The notes beneath the pieces are model-generated. The model worked only from the letters and a program-made list of their open reading frames with translations, searched no databases and was not told the DNA's origin. From positions 32,001-96,000 of IMG/VR virus record IMGVR_UViG_3300020442_000007: 64,000 nt of DNA. One strand, 5' to 3'. Source of the DNA: a virus. Numbering within the stretch: position 1 is the first letter of the stretch; every line of letters starts with the position of its first letter. Below, in pieces: positions 54,102 to 63,136 of the stretch. A program made the translations under genes and the position numbers.

Positions 54102-56340
54102 AATCCTTTATCATTTGTGCAATATCTGACAACGAGTCTTGCCAAGATTCATTTCTTATTTTATCTAATCTCTCCATCCAAGGCCACAAACCTTCATATG
54201 CTACTTCGTCTGGCTCTTTATCCCACATATGTGTTAATATACTTTTGCATCTCTGTTCCACTCTTCTACAAAAAGCAACTTCATCTACATTAGAATCCCA
54301 TCTAGCATACAATCTATCTAGGAAATTTTTGTACTTTTTATCAATGTATTTTTTATATACCACAGGTAAATTTTGTATGTTAAGGACATCAGGTCCATAT
54401 AAATTATGTACAATAATAACTTCTTCAATCCTATTCCAATTTTGCTCCTTCATCCACCATTGCATTTCAGGATAGTGCAAAACGTTTTGTATACTTAATG
54501 TAAGGGTAATACTTGCAATAAGTTTTTCAAATCCATCTTCTCTATCTACACGGCGCATATTTTTTAATACAGTTGAAAACTTTCCTGGATGCCGAATAAA
54601 TTCAAAATGTTTGTTTATCCCATCTATACTCATTCCTAGATTGACTTGCTTAAAATGTTTCCATTGCTTGAATACTGCACTAGGTACTCCTGCCATATTA
54701 GTATTATAGTCTAAAGTAACTTCGTTTGCAGTTCCTTTGTCAATATAGTAATCTAATAATTCTCTATGTTTTAAATTAATTGTTGGTTCGCCGCCTGTAA
54801 AATAATACCTTTTGATAGTATCTAAATTATTCATTATATGTTTCCATAAACTAGAATATGTTTGATCTGGATCAAATAGGTCAGGCACAGTATTTGTACC
54901 GTCTGGTAAAGTTTCAATTTTGACTTTGTTATGTCCTCTATAGTTAAAACGTGTATCTTCAGGATGGAGTTTTACCCAATCGTCGTACCATAAACTGCTA
55001 TCTGTAGGACCACAGCTTCTGCATTTGAGATTACATTTGTTTCCAAATCTTAAGTCCATATATGTAATAGGAAAATCAGTATCTTTAATCGAACCATCTT
55101 TTTCTGTGTTAACTATTGCTTTGTAATAAACATCAGTATACAACTTGCGAGTCCATTGTCTTTTGCTACCTATACCATTAGTCTCCTCGTTAGTACATAG
55201 TTTACATATTTCAGGATCTATACCACTTATCATCTCTTTTCTAATTTGTTTCCATACTGGTGAATTTCTATGTTTAGTGATATCATCTTTGCCGGTCAAA
55301 AGTGTACCATCTTCTTTGTATACAGTTCCAAACGGTGAATTTATCATTTGACAACACATTCTAATGCTTCCGTCAGCATTTGTAGCTAAATGATTCCAGG
55401 GTATAGGGCAAAAAGCATTCCATCTATCTTTATGTACAAGCATGTTTTCCTGTACTGCATCTATGACTTCAGTAGGTTTAATAAGCCTACTTCTTAAATA
55501 AGTTTTAATTCTTTTTCCTTGCGGAGTATCATTATCTACTAAACCTGGCTTACGATAAAGTGCTTCGAGTACTTCTTGATCAGTGTCATGTAAAGCAACA
55601 ATTTCTAAAACATCGTCAGGACAGTCTGGATGTAATATCATTTCTATTCTTTGTTCTGAAGTTCTTACAATATCTAAATCAAATGATATATTATTTGTTT
55701 GTGTTATTTCGCGTTGTACTATGGGTTTGACAAAACCCTGTAAAACTTTATTATTTTTCTTAATCCATTTTTGCACAATTTTTTTAAACTTTTTTGTATC
55801 TAAATTAGGAAAAATTCTTTGTAATTGTACAATAAGACTACCACTAGATTCATGCAATCCATCTATGTTTATAAGATGCATGTTAGCAAAATGATTTTTA
55901 TATTGTTTTAAAGCATCTAAATCTTTTTGAAACTGTCCTACGTGATTTTCAACAAACTTTGTAGGTAAATTTTCTACTTTATTAAGTTTTTGCCAAGCTA
56001 AATTAGTCCAATATTCGAAATTTTTTGTTAAGTGAAATCCAAGAACGGTCATTCTTTGATCCCAATAATTAATTACTTCAGGATCATAGTGATCTTTGTA
56101 CAAATCATGTTTATTTGGATCGTCTTCTCCAACATATTCCCACGGCAAATTTCTATCTCTACAATATCCTATTTTACATTTTGTAAACCATCTGTTTTCT
56201 CCAACGTCTTTTGTAGGTATGGCATTGATTTCAGGTACACATTGGCTCAAAGCGTATGTGATAATTTCTCCGCCGGTGCCGGCTGTATATAATACAAGGT
56301 AATTAACCCTGTTGTTGGAAAAATCTAATTTCATTATCAC
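54082..56340 (-). CDS. fusion: sulfotransferase-like P-loop domain + helical linker + SPASM/twitch + radical SAM
   Basis: VLYTAGTGGE N-domain (paralogue of 57688..58572); CPIPW..DGSIRMCC; CNLKCRSC; TGGEP. Confidence 0.85.
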   Translation of the reverse strand: MIMKLDFSNNRVNYLVLYTAGTGGEIITYALSQCVPEINAIPTKDVGENRWFTKCKIGYCRDRNLPWEYVGEDDPNKHDLYKDHYDPEVINYWDQRMTVLGFHLTKNFEYWTNLAWQKLNKVENLPTKFVENHVGQFQKDLDALKQYKNHFANMHLINIDGLHESSGSLIVQLQRIFPNLDTKKFKKIVQKWIKKNNKVLQGFVKPIVQREITQTNNISFDLDIVRTSEQRIEMILHPDCPDDVLEIVALHDTDQEVLEALYRKPGLVDNDTPQGKRIKTYLRSRLIKPTEVIDAVQENMLVHKDRWNAFCPIPWNHLATNADGSIRMCCQMINSPFGTVYKEDGTLLTGKDDITKHRNSPVWKQIRKEMISGIDPEICKLCTNEETNGIGSKRQWTRKLYTDVYYKAIVNTEKDGSIKDTDFPITYMDLRFGNKCNLKCRSCGPTDSSLWYDDWVKLHPEDTRFNYRGHNKVKIETLPDGTNTVPDLFDPDQTYSSLWKHIMNNLDTIKRYYFTGGEPTINLKHRELLDYYIDKGTANEVTLDYNTNMAGVPSAVFKQWKHFKQVNLGMSIDGINKHFEFIRHPGKFSTVLKNMRRVDREDGFEKLIASITLTLSIQNVLHYPEMQWWMKEQNWNRIEEVIIVHNLYGPDVLNIQNLPVVYKKYIDKKYKNFLDRLYARWDSNVDEVAFCRRVEQRCKSILTHMWDKEPDEVAYEGLWPWMERLDKIRNESWQDSLSDIAQMIKDCDGKEI

Positions 56341-57688
56341 TATATCCTACTAGCTTACCGCTATCATGACCCCTTATAGGTACTAAACTTATTGCTCCTA
56401 TCTGCCTACCATTTGCTCCTAAATCATTTATTCCTAATTTAATAATTTTATCATAAAAACTTTGAGCTCTATCTAACATGCCAGGCGGTGTCATTAATTT
56501 AATTTCTAACCAATGATCATCTGGTACTTTTTTATGCCTTTGAATAATAATTTCACAGTTTTTAATAAACCTTTCTTCATTACCAGGATAAAGATCCATA
56601 CTTCCGAAATGAGCACTCATATTTACACTATTAATATATTTACTTGCTTCAGTCCAGTATTTTGTGCTACGACTACCATTTGTAGTAACAAGGACCCATT
56701 GATTCCTACTTTTTAAATGTTTCAAGATATCTAAAAATTTAGGATTCATTGTAGGCTCACCGCCTCCAAAATTCCATCTTATAGTTTCTCCTTTACTCCA
56801 AGAGTCTATGGCTTTATCTATTGTTTCTATAATTTTTTCATAGTCATGATGTGCTTCTTTATTATTATGCACACTTGGCCAGCAATAATCACAATCATAA
56901 TTACATCTTCTTGTTATATCCCACAAGATTTGATGATTAATTGGAAAATTCATTTCTATACCGACTGGAGTAGTATCAAATGCATTTTGTGGATTTTTTA
57001 CTGGGTCTTGAAAATGGCCTTTATCTTGACCATCATAACCATATCTAGTTACATTTAAATTTTCTAAAGCAGGCTCGTCTTTTGCTTTACTTAAAATTAC
57101 ATCTGCTCCGCAACCACAGCTATCAAAAGGACAACTAGTCCATTGTTTAGGAGTTTCCCAACCTGTAAAAATACTTCCCTGTAATCCCCAAATATCATCA
57201 TTCTTTTCTGCTTTCCATTGCCAAGTAGCAGGATCCTTCATAAATTGTTTATACGGATCATCAAAGAATTGTTTTTCTAATTTTTTAATAAAGGACATTA
57301 GCGTAATATGTTGCTCACAAGTTTCCCAATTTTTTTTTGGCATAGGCCAACCATCTCTTGTATTTTCTTCAATCCATTCTTTGTGCGGATATGCTCCTAT
57401 AAATGATTCTCTATATTCTTTCCATAATCTATCAACTAAATCAGGATCATGATTTGTAAAATTTTTAACTTTTTGTTCATGAACTTTACCGTACTGAGAT
57501 GCACTTGCACAATTTGCAATCCACACATTACCATCATAGTCTATGTATAAACTTCTTACACCTGCACTACATTTCCAATCTTTCCAATGGTTAAGATTAT
57601 TAGCAATAACTTCATCAACACTATACAGACTATACTGATTATTTTTATTGTATATTCTTAATTGCCTATTGCCTGTAGGTTGGTCCAT
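56303..57688 (-). CDS. radical SAM protein with split N-terminal twitch domain
   Basis: WKCSAG..IDYDGNV..C [insert] CPFDSCGC; CNYDCDYC; GGGEP; TTNGSR. Confidence 0.88.
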   Translation of the reverse strand: MDQPTGNRQLRIYNKNNQYSLYSVDEVIANNLNHWKDWKCSAGVRSLYIDYDGNVWIANCASASQYGKVHEQKVKNFTNHDPDLVDRLWKEYRESFIGAYPHKEWIEENTRDGWPMPKKNWETCEQHITLMSFIKKLEKQFFDDPYKQFMKDPATWQWKAEKNDDIWGLQGSIFTGWETPKQWTSCPFDSCGCGADVILSKAKDEPALENLNVTRYGYDGQDKGHFQDPVKNPQNAFDTTPVGIEMNFPINHQILWDITRRCNYDCDYCWPSVHNNKEAHHDYEKIIETIDKAIDSWSKGETIRWNFGGGEPTMNPKFLDILKHLKSRNQWVLVTTNGSRSTKYWTEASKYINSVNMSAHFGSMDLYPGNEERFIKNCEIIIQRHKKVPDDHWLEIKLMTPPGMLDRAQSFYDKIIKLGINDLGANGRQIGAISLVPIRGHDSGKLVGYSDNEIRFFQQQG

Positions 57689-58572
57689 TAGATATACCCG
57701 CCTCGCATAGAGTTATATACAACATTGTTTCTGTTAATGTAATTTGCTAATTCTGGTTTTGCAGTATCTATAGCAAAATCTCTATACAATATTCTCAACT
57801 GTTTAACGATGCGATCTGCTGATTTAGGTAAAGTATCTATATCTAATGTATAATAAGAGTTAAATTTTGATCGTAAATTATCTAACAAATAATCATTTTC
57901 TTTGTATTTTTTTGAAAAACTTGTTATAGAATCTTTTATAGATTTTTTGTGTTCGTATGGTGCTGAATCGTTATTAATAATTTTATGATAAAGAGACCAT
58001 ACGTCATTCAACCAAACCCATTCATATTCCAAACCTATTCTATCTGAAATTTTTTGTGCAATATCATCACTACAACCTATTCTGTATGTTATAAAATTAG
58101 GATCAACAGGAGTTTTTAATTTATGAGCTGTTTTAGCATAATACAATGTAGCAAAATATTCATAGGCATAAGATGAACTAAACTTAATGTGTAAAACATT
58201 TACCTTATCTGCAATAGGCGTCAACAATTTTATTGTAGTGCGATCTACATGATCACGAACAACAAAGTTTTTTGTTAAATCTAAATCATTTGTCAAATAG
58301 TATTCTTCATTTATCCAATTACTTTTATTTTCCCTTTCATGTAGTTGACCTATGAAATGTAATCTGGGAATAATACATTGACATTCATATCTATTGCTAG
58401 GAATATTTAAATTATGGTTCCATTGTATACTATAAGAAGGTACATTATTGAAAGATGCAGTATGATTAGCAACAAGTTGGGTAAGATATTCACCGCATGC
58501 TCCTGATGGATACATAACCACAGTAATTTTTTTTTCGTCTAAAAGTTTGTTTACTAGATCACCTTTATCCAT
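57688..58572 (-). CDS. sulfotransferase-like P-loop protein
   Basis: VVMYPSGACGEYL, VVRDH. Confidence 0.5.
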   Translation of the reverse strand: MDKGDLVNKLLDEKKITVVMYPSGACGEYLTQLVANHTASFNNVPSYSIQWNHNLNIPSNRYECQCIIPRLHFIGQLHERENKSNWINEEYYLTNDLDLTKNFVVRDHVDRTTIKLLTPIADKVNVLHIKFSSSYAYEYFATLYYAKTAHKLKTPVDPNFITYRIGCSDDIAQKISDRIGLEYEWVWLNDVWSLYHKIINNDSAPYEHKKSIKDSITSFSKKYKENDYLLDNLRSKFNSYYTLDIDTLPKSADRIVKQLRILYRDFAIDTAKPELANYINRNNVVYNSMRGGYI

Positions 58573-59546
58573 TACTTTTCCTTTTTACTCATAATATCAA
58601 AATTACAATGGCAGTAGCTTTTATTACAAATGACTGGTTTTGTTGGCCAAGCAATACTTTCTGGCTCTTTCATATTACCCAATGAGCCTCCAACTCTACA
58701 CCAACCTATCATTACAGTACCGTCAAAATCTACTACGATTTGTTCAACACCGCTATAACATTTCCATCCTTCCCAGTTATTTGTATTATCAGCAATAAAT
58801 CTATGTGCGGCACGATTTTTTGTTTCACCCGTTTTAGAATTAATCATGTCCATACTACCTCTATACAGTTTGAAGTCGTTGTCTCCTGTATACTTAATAT
58901 GTTTGCCAAAATCTTCCCATTGTCTATCTATAATATCTAGCTGTTCTTGTGTATAAGGAAACCTTTCACTTCCAAAATCAATCACTAGTGGTTGTAGAGC
59001 AAGGCTGAAATTTGTTGCTTCTTTTACTAATTTTTTTGTTAATTCTACGCCGTTGTTAAATCTATCAATGTCAGTGTGCATCATTATATTTACATGTGTT
59101 CTACACACCTTGGTCATAATTTTAACAACTTCTAAAAAATGATCAGCTTCTGCACTTTCAGGATGAAAACTTAAACATACATGATCAAAGTTATTTTTAT
59201 TTTTCTCCCACCATCTTATTGTACGACTAGCGTTACTTATAAAGCCTATATCGTGACCTTTAGACTTAATGTATTGGGCACACTTTATAAAGTCTTTCCA
59301 TAGTGTAACCTCTCCACCTGTAAATTCAAAATAAACTTTTCTTGGTGCATAATGTTTTTCACATGCATCAATAAATTTTTTTATAATTTCAAAATCATTC
59401 CATCCATATGAACCATTATTAAGTACAGGAGGGCAGTAACTACAAGAGTAGTTGCAGGTATTACCTAGATTCCAATTGACAACAACCCAATCTTTAGCTT
59501 CCTTGTGATGATGGTCTAAGACATCATACACCATATCAGTTTGCAT
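58572..59546 (-). CDS. radical SAM protein with C-terminal twitch domain
   Basis: CNYSCSYC, TGGEV, WKCYSG..VDFDG..WC..CNKSYCHC. Confidence 0.9.
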   Translation of the reverse strand: MQTDMVYDVLDHHHKEAKDWVVVNWNLGNTCNYSCSYCPPVLNNGSYGWNDFEIIKKFIDACEKHYAPRKVYFEFTGGEVTLWKDFIKCAQYIKSKGHDIGFISNASRTIRWWEKNKNNFDHVCLSFHPESAEADHFLEVVKIMTKVCRTHVNIMMHTDIDRFNNGVELTKKLVKEATNFSLALQPLVIDFGSERFPYTQEQLDIIDRQWEDFGKHIKYTGDNDFKLYRGSMDMINSKTGETKNRAAHRFIADNTNNWEGWKCYSGVEQIVVDFDGTVMIGWCRVGGSLGNMKEPESIAWPTKPVICNKSYCHCNFDIMSKKEK

Positions 59547-59547
59547 A

Positions 59548-60477
59548 TTATTTTACCCCCGATCCGCTTAATCCTTTGTGTCGATTAACACGATCAGGCT
59601 GTTGATATATTGATTTAAAAAATTTACTTGCACCTGGTGTAAAAGGCTCGCTATCAATTGGCAACTGTAATTCATTTATTAATTTAATTCCGTAATCCTT
59701 AGAAGAATTAGTCACATCTTCAACACTAGAAAATTCACTTTTCCATAAATCATTAAGATATTCAAAGTCACGAACATTTACATAATCCCAGTCTGTACAC
59801 ATTGTTTTATACACAGCTGCTCTTGTACCAAGCATTGCCCAATCACCATTTTTTACATCTGCTCCAACCATTGCCCAAATATACAACCAATGTAAACATC
59901 TCCAATGCAAATTTAAAAATTCATCTTTGTTTGGTTTGATACCCTGATTAAGTGATAATTTTACACCTTCTCTAAAACCAGCTCTCCATGCTTGTTGAGG
60001 TGTAGCATTATTATATACATCAGAGAAGCAACTATTCATTTGTACATATTTGAGGTCCCAACAAAAATCTACTTGTGCATGTTCATTATCTGGATCTGCG
60101 TTTTCGTGTGTACGCATATTTAACACGTATTCTTTTGGCCAGCATTTTAAACCGCCATTACCATAAACAAGTCCGTTAACTTCATTTTTTCCTGCCCAAC
60201 TTATAACACAATTTTCTAATTCTACGTCATCTTCAAAAGATATTTCTTCTTTTAAAAAATTATTTTTTATTTTATTATCACCGTCTACTGTGATAAATCT
60301 ATCCGTTTCACTTAACTTTGCACATTCTTTATGTGCAGCGTCTGAACCTTTAACTCCATGAACACGTTTTGCCCAAGGAACCTTTGTTAATAAGTCAGCA
60401 TAATTTTCTTCTGCATTGGGTTCATCATAACTTAAATATACTACATCATAATCAAGTACTTTAAATTTATTAGGCAT
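59548..60477 (-). CDS. glycosyltransferase-like (GT-A) protein
   Basis: YDVVYLSYDEPNA, FITVDGD, YGNGGLK, AWRAGFREGVKL; paralogue of 50600..51631. Confidence 0.65.
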   Translation of the reverse strand: MPNKFKVLDYDVVYLSYDEPNAEENYADLLTKVPWAKRVHGVKGSDAAHKECAKLSETDRFITVDGDNKIKNNFLKEEISFEDDVELENCVISWAGKNEVNGLVYGNGGLKCWPKEYVLNMRTHENADPDNEHAQVDFCWDLKYVQMNSCFSDVYNNATPQQAWRAGFREGVKLSLNQGIKPNKDEFLNLHWRCLHWLYIWAMVGADVKNGDWAMLGTRAAVYKTMCTDWDYVNVRDFEYLNDLWKSEFSSVEDVTNSSKDYGIKLINELQLPIDSEPFTPGASKFFKSIYQQPDRVNRHKGLSGSGVK

Positions 60478-60484
60478 CTGGCAA

Positions 60485-61048
60485 TCATTTCCTTACGATA
60501 TGATAAAAATTTTCATCATTTACAGGACAATACAAACTTATTTTATCTAATGTTACTAAATGTGCATCATCTGTTTCTATATCGAATAATTTTTTGTTAG
60601 TAAATTTTTTCATATCAATAGTAAGTTGTCCTAGTAAAATATTAGGGTTATTTTCTTCTGTAACATATACTTTTTTAAACTGACTTAAATATTTATTGTT
60701 GATAATTCTTGACTCAACTAGTCCTGAAATATGTGCTTTACCTTGCCATTTTTCTTTCTTTTTGTCTTGGAAGATATAAAAAGATAAAGGATCATAGCCG
60801 GTAATCTTATCTAGCCGTTTTATTTCATGAATACTTTTATCTACATCAAAATTTTCTGTTTCATCTTTTCTTAAAAATTTTGGAGGAGCTTCAGGACTTA
60901 GTAAAACATAATAATCAACAAGGTTACACTTACCTGATACAAAATCTACATATAAGTCTTTATCGATAACTAAGTGTGGATCATCACTTTTGTTTTCATT
61001 TGTTACTGATAATAAATCTCCTGATTCACTGTAATACACATAAAACAT
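60485..61048 (-). CDS. hypothetical protein
   Basis: GGAG RBS; coupled ORF. Confidence 0.7.
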   Translation of the reverse strand: MFYVYYSESGDLLSVTNENKSDDPHLVIDKDLYVDFVSGKCNLVDYYVLLSPEAPPKFLRKDETENFDVDKSIHEIKRLDKITGYDPLSFYIFQDKKKEKWQGKAHISGLVESRIINNKYLSQFKKVYVTEENNPNILLGQLTIDMKKFTNKKLFDIETDDAHLVTLDKISLYCPVNDENFYHIVRK

Positions 61049-61881
61049 TAAACTGACTCCAATCTACTGATTAACCTATCAGTGAGAAATTCTGGTTCAA
61101 CATAATGTAAAATATTTCGTTGTAAAAAATTTCCAATCATCATAGTTTTATCTTTTGTAAAATAACCACCTAATACTGTGGTCCATTTACTAGGTACTTC
61201 ATGCCAATTTTGACAATGAGGTTTCATGTGAGTAAATGTAATAAAAGAGTTTGGATCTGTTATGTCTAAAGTATTATCTAATATCTTACTAGCAATACTA
61301 CAACTTAAATCCATACTACACCATTTTTGATAATAGTTCCCTGCGAATCTTCCATAAAATAATTCCCAGTTGATCATAATTATTTCTAAAAGTTTAAAAA
61401 ACTCATGAGCTTCGTCGCTTTTCTTAAAATAATAAAATGCAGAATATAAATTAGGCAAATTATTTTCGTCCCATGTTTTTCTGTAATACCTAGTAGTTAC
61501 ATTTTCATTACGATAATTCTTTACATTACTTACAAAAAATAAATTTCTTTTTTTAAGTTCGGACCACCAATGAGTAATATCATGTAATATTAACATATCA
61601 ACATCCATTACAATAGTATGTTCATAAGGAGAAGCATGGTATACTTTCCATCTATTTTCAATCTTCCAATTAGTATCCTTTGCTTGATCTGTCCAAGGAA
61701 TATCTATAATCTTATCAAACACAGATTTGTACTTTTCAGGTACTTTATCATTTGTAATTAATGATATATTTTGATCTTTATTAAATTTATGTATGCTAGT
61801 AGCTAAAGCATATGCCTGCTTAATATAATCAACTTCAGCATTATTCTGTGCTAGTAAACAAAATCCGTCACTCATTTTCAA
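61048..61881 (-). CDS. GT8-like glycosyltransferase
   Basis: DYIKQA..LA.SI, SPYEHTIVMDVDML (DxD), FTHMKP. Confidence 0.75.
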   Translation of the reverse strand: MKMSDGFCLLAQNNAEVDYIKQAYALATSIHKFNKDQNISLITNDKVPEKYKSVFDKIIDIPWTDQAKDTNWKIENRWKVYHASPYEHTIVMDVDMLILHDITHWWSELKKRNLFFVSNVKNYRNENVTTRYYRKTWDENNLPNLYSAFYYFKKSDEAHEFFKLLEIIMINWELFYGRFAGNYYQKWCSMDLSCSIASKILDNTLDITDPNSFITFTHMKPHCQNWHEVPSKWTTVLGGYFTKDKTMMIGNFLQRNILHYVEPEFLTDRLISRLESV

Positions 61882-62725
61882 ACTCTTTATCTATTGCTCT
61901 ACCTAAACTAAATTTATTCATAACATGTACATTTGCATCTTCAACTGTAGCACCTACAAAACTTCCTCCACTTGTGTAATCACAAATAAATGTCATTTTA
62001 TTTCCATCTAGATTGTGTAACATATCTCCATCTGAAGCCATATACATATTTCCTGGCATAGTACGTGGCCAAGGACCTAGTTGAAATCCTTGCAATATAT
62101 GAATTGCAATGCTAAAAGCAAAATCATTTCTATAATTGTTATTAGGTATTTGATATATTAATCTATAATAGTTCCAATTGTCTTTTATGTGCTGTATTAA
62201 ATTAAAATACATTTGCATAAAGTCAGATTTCTTAAAATAAAATCCAGTAGCCCACCACATGTCTATTGAACGATCACTTATCCTATCAAATTTTTGTAAT
62301 CTTCTTAAAGTTTTTGCAACATCTGTTGGATGCCTATAAATCAAAAAATCTTGATCCATATTAAAACAATTTAATAATTGATTATTACAAATAATAAAAT
62401 CAACATCTAACACAATAGTTTCATCAAACGGAGTAAGATTGTAACAATCTGGTCTTGAATGATTTTTCCAAGCTAATTTTTTTGTACTATATACTCCGTC
62501 TAAAAAAATTCTTTTTTGTTCTGTATGGGTTATTGGTATTGGTAGAACTTGATCAATATACTTTTGATAGAAAGTGAAAGCTCTTTCGAGATATTCAGGA
62601 TTGTCTGTAACTAATGCTACAGGCAACTTCAAATGTTCTTTTATTTTCTTTGCACAAAAAACTGCTTGTTTTATATAATCTACTTCTAAATTGTTAAGTG
62701 CAAAGAGTAACACACCTTGCGTCAT
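61868..62725 (-). CDS. GT8-like glycosyltransferase
   Basis: DYIKQA, TPFDETIVLDVDFI (DxD), RNDFAFSIA, HVMNK; paralogue of 61048..61881. Confidence 0.75.
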   Translation of the reverse strand: MTQGVLLFALNNLEVDYIKQAVFCAKKIKEHLKLPVALVTDNPEYLERAFTFYQKYIDQVLPIPITHTEQKRIFLDGVYSTKKLAWKNHSRPDCYNLTPFDETIVLDVDFIICNNQLLNCFNMDQDFLIYRHPTDVAKTLRRLQKFDRISDRSIDMWWATGFYFKKSDFMQMYFNLIQHIKDNWNYYRLIYQIPNNNYRNDFAFSIAIHILQGFQLGPWPRTMPGNMYMASDGDMLHNLDGNKMTFICDYTSGGSFVGATVEDANVHVMNKFSLGRAIDKEFENE

Positions 62726-63069
62726 AAATTTAGAATGCCTTCAATTGTTCTAGTCTTTTTAAGCTCATTAAATTTTTGTAGATATGCATTTGCATTTGTA
62801 GAATAGATATTCAAAATTTCGTCTAAGAAATCTTGTAAATTTTCTATTTCTATAGGTGAATTATTATCATCTAATAAAATTGAACTGGATTGATTATTTT
62901 GTATTAAAGTATTACAAAAATTAATTAATTCTCTGTTTACATTAAATTTCCCACCATTTACATAATGTACACAATTTTCCAAAAATTTTTCATGTATAAG
63001 ATTACGCTGGTTATTTAACGTAATCATGTGATTAGAAAAATCTAGTGCTTTTTCTAGCCTATCGTCCAT
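62722..63069 (-). CDS. conserved phage hypothetical protein
   Basis: AAGGAG RBS; MDDRLEKALDFSN..NGGKF..LI.F..ILLDDN..P. Confidence 0.75.
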   Translation of the reverse strand: MDDRLEKALDFSNHMITLNNQRNLIHEKFLENCVHYVNGGKFNVNRELINFCNTLIQNNQSSSILLDDNNSPIEIENLQDFLDEILNIYSTNANAYLQKFNELKKTRTIEGILNL

Positions 63070-63094
63070 AGAATACTCCTTAAGTAATACTACT

Positions 63095-63123
63095 ATTATA
63101 TACTAAAAATTGCTTGTTGTCAA
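63095..63123 (-). promoter_or_regulatory. sigma70 promoter (perfect consensus)
   Basis: Minus-strand TTGACA-17-TATAAT heading the GT/radical SAM operon. Confidence 0.88.
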
Positions 63124-63136
63124 TGGTATAATTGGC

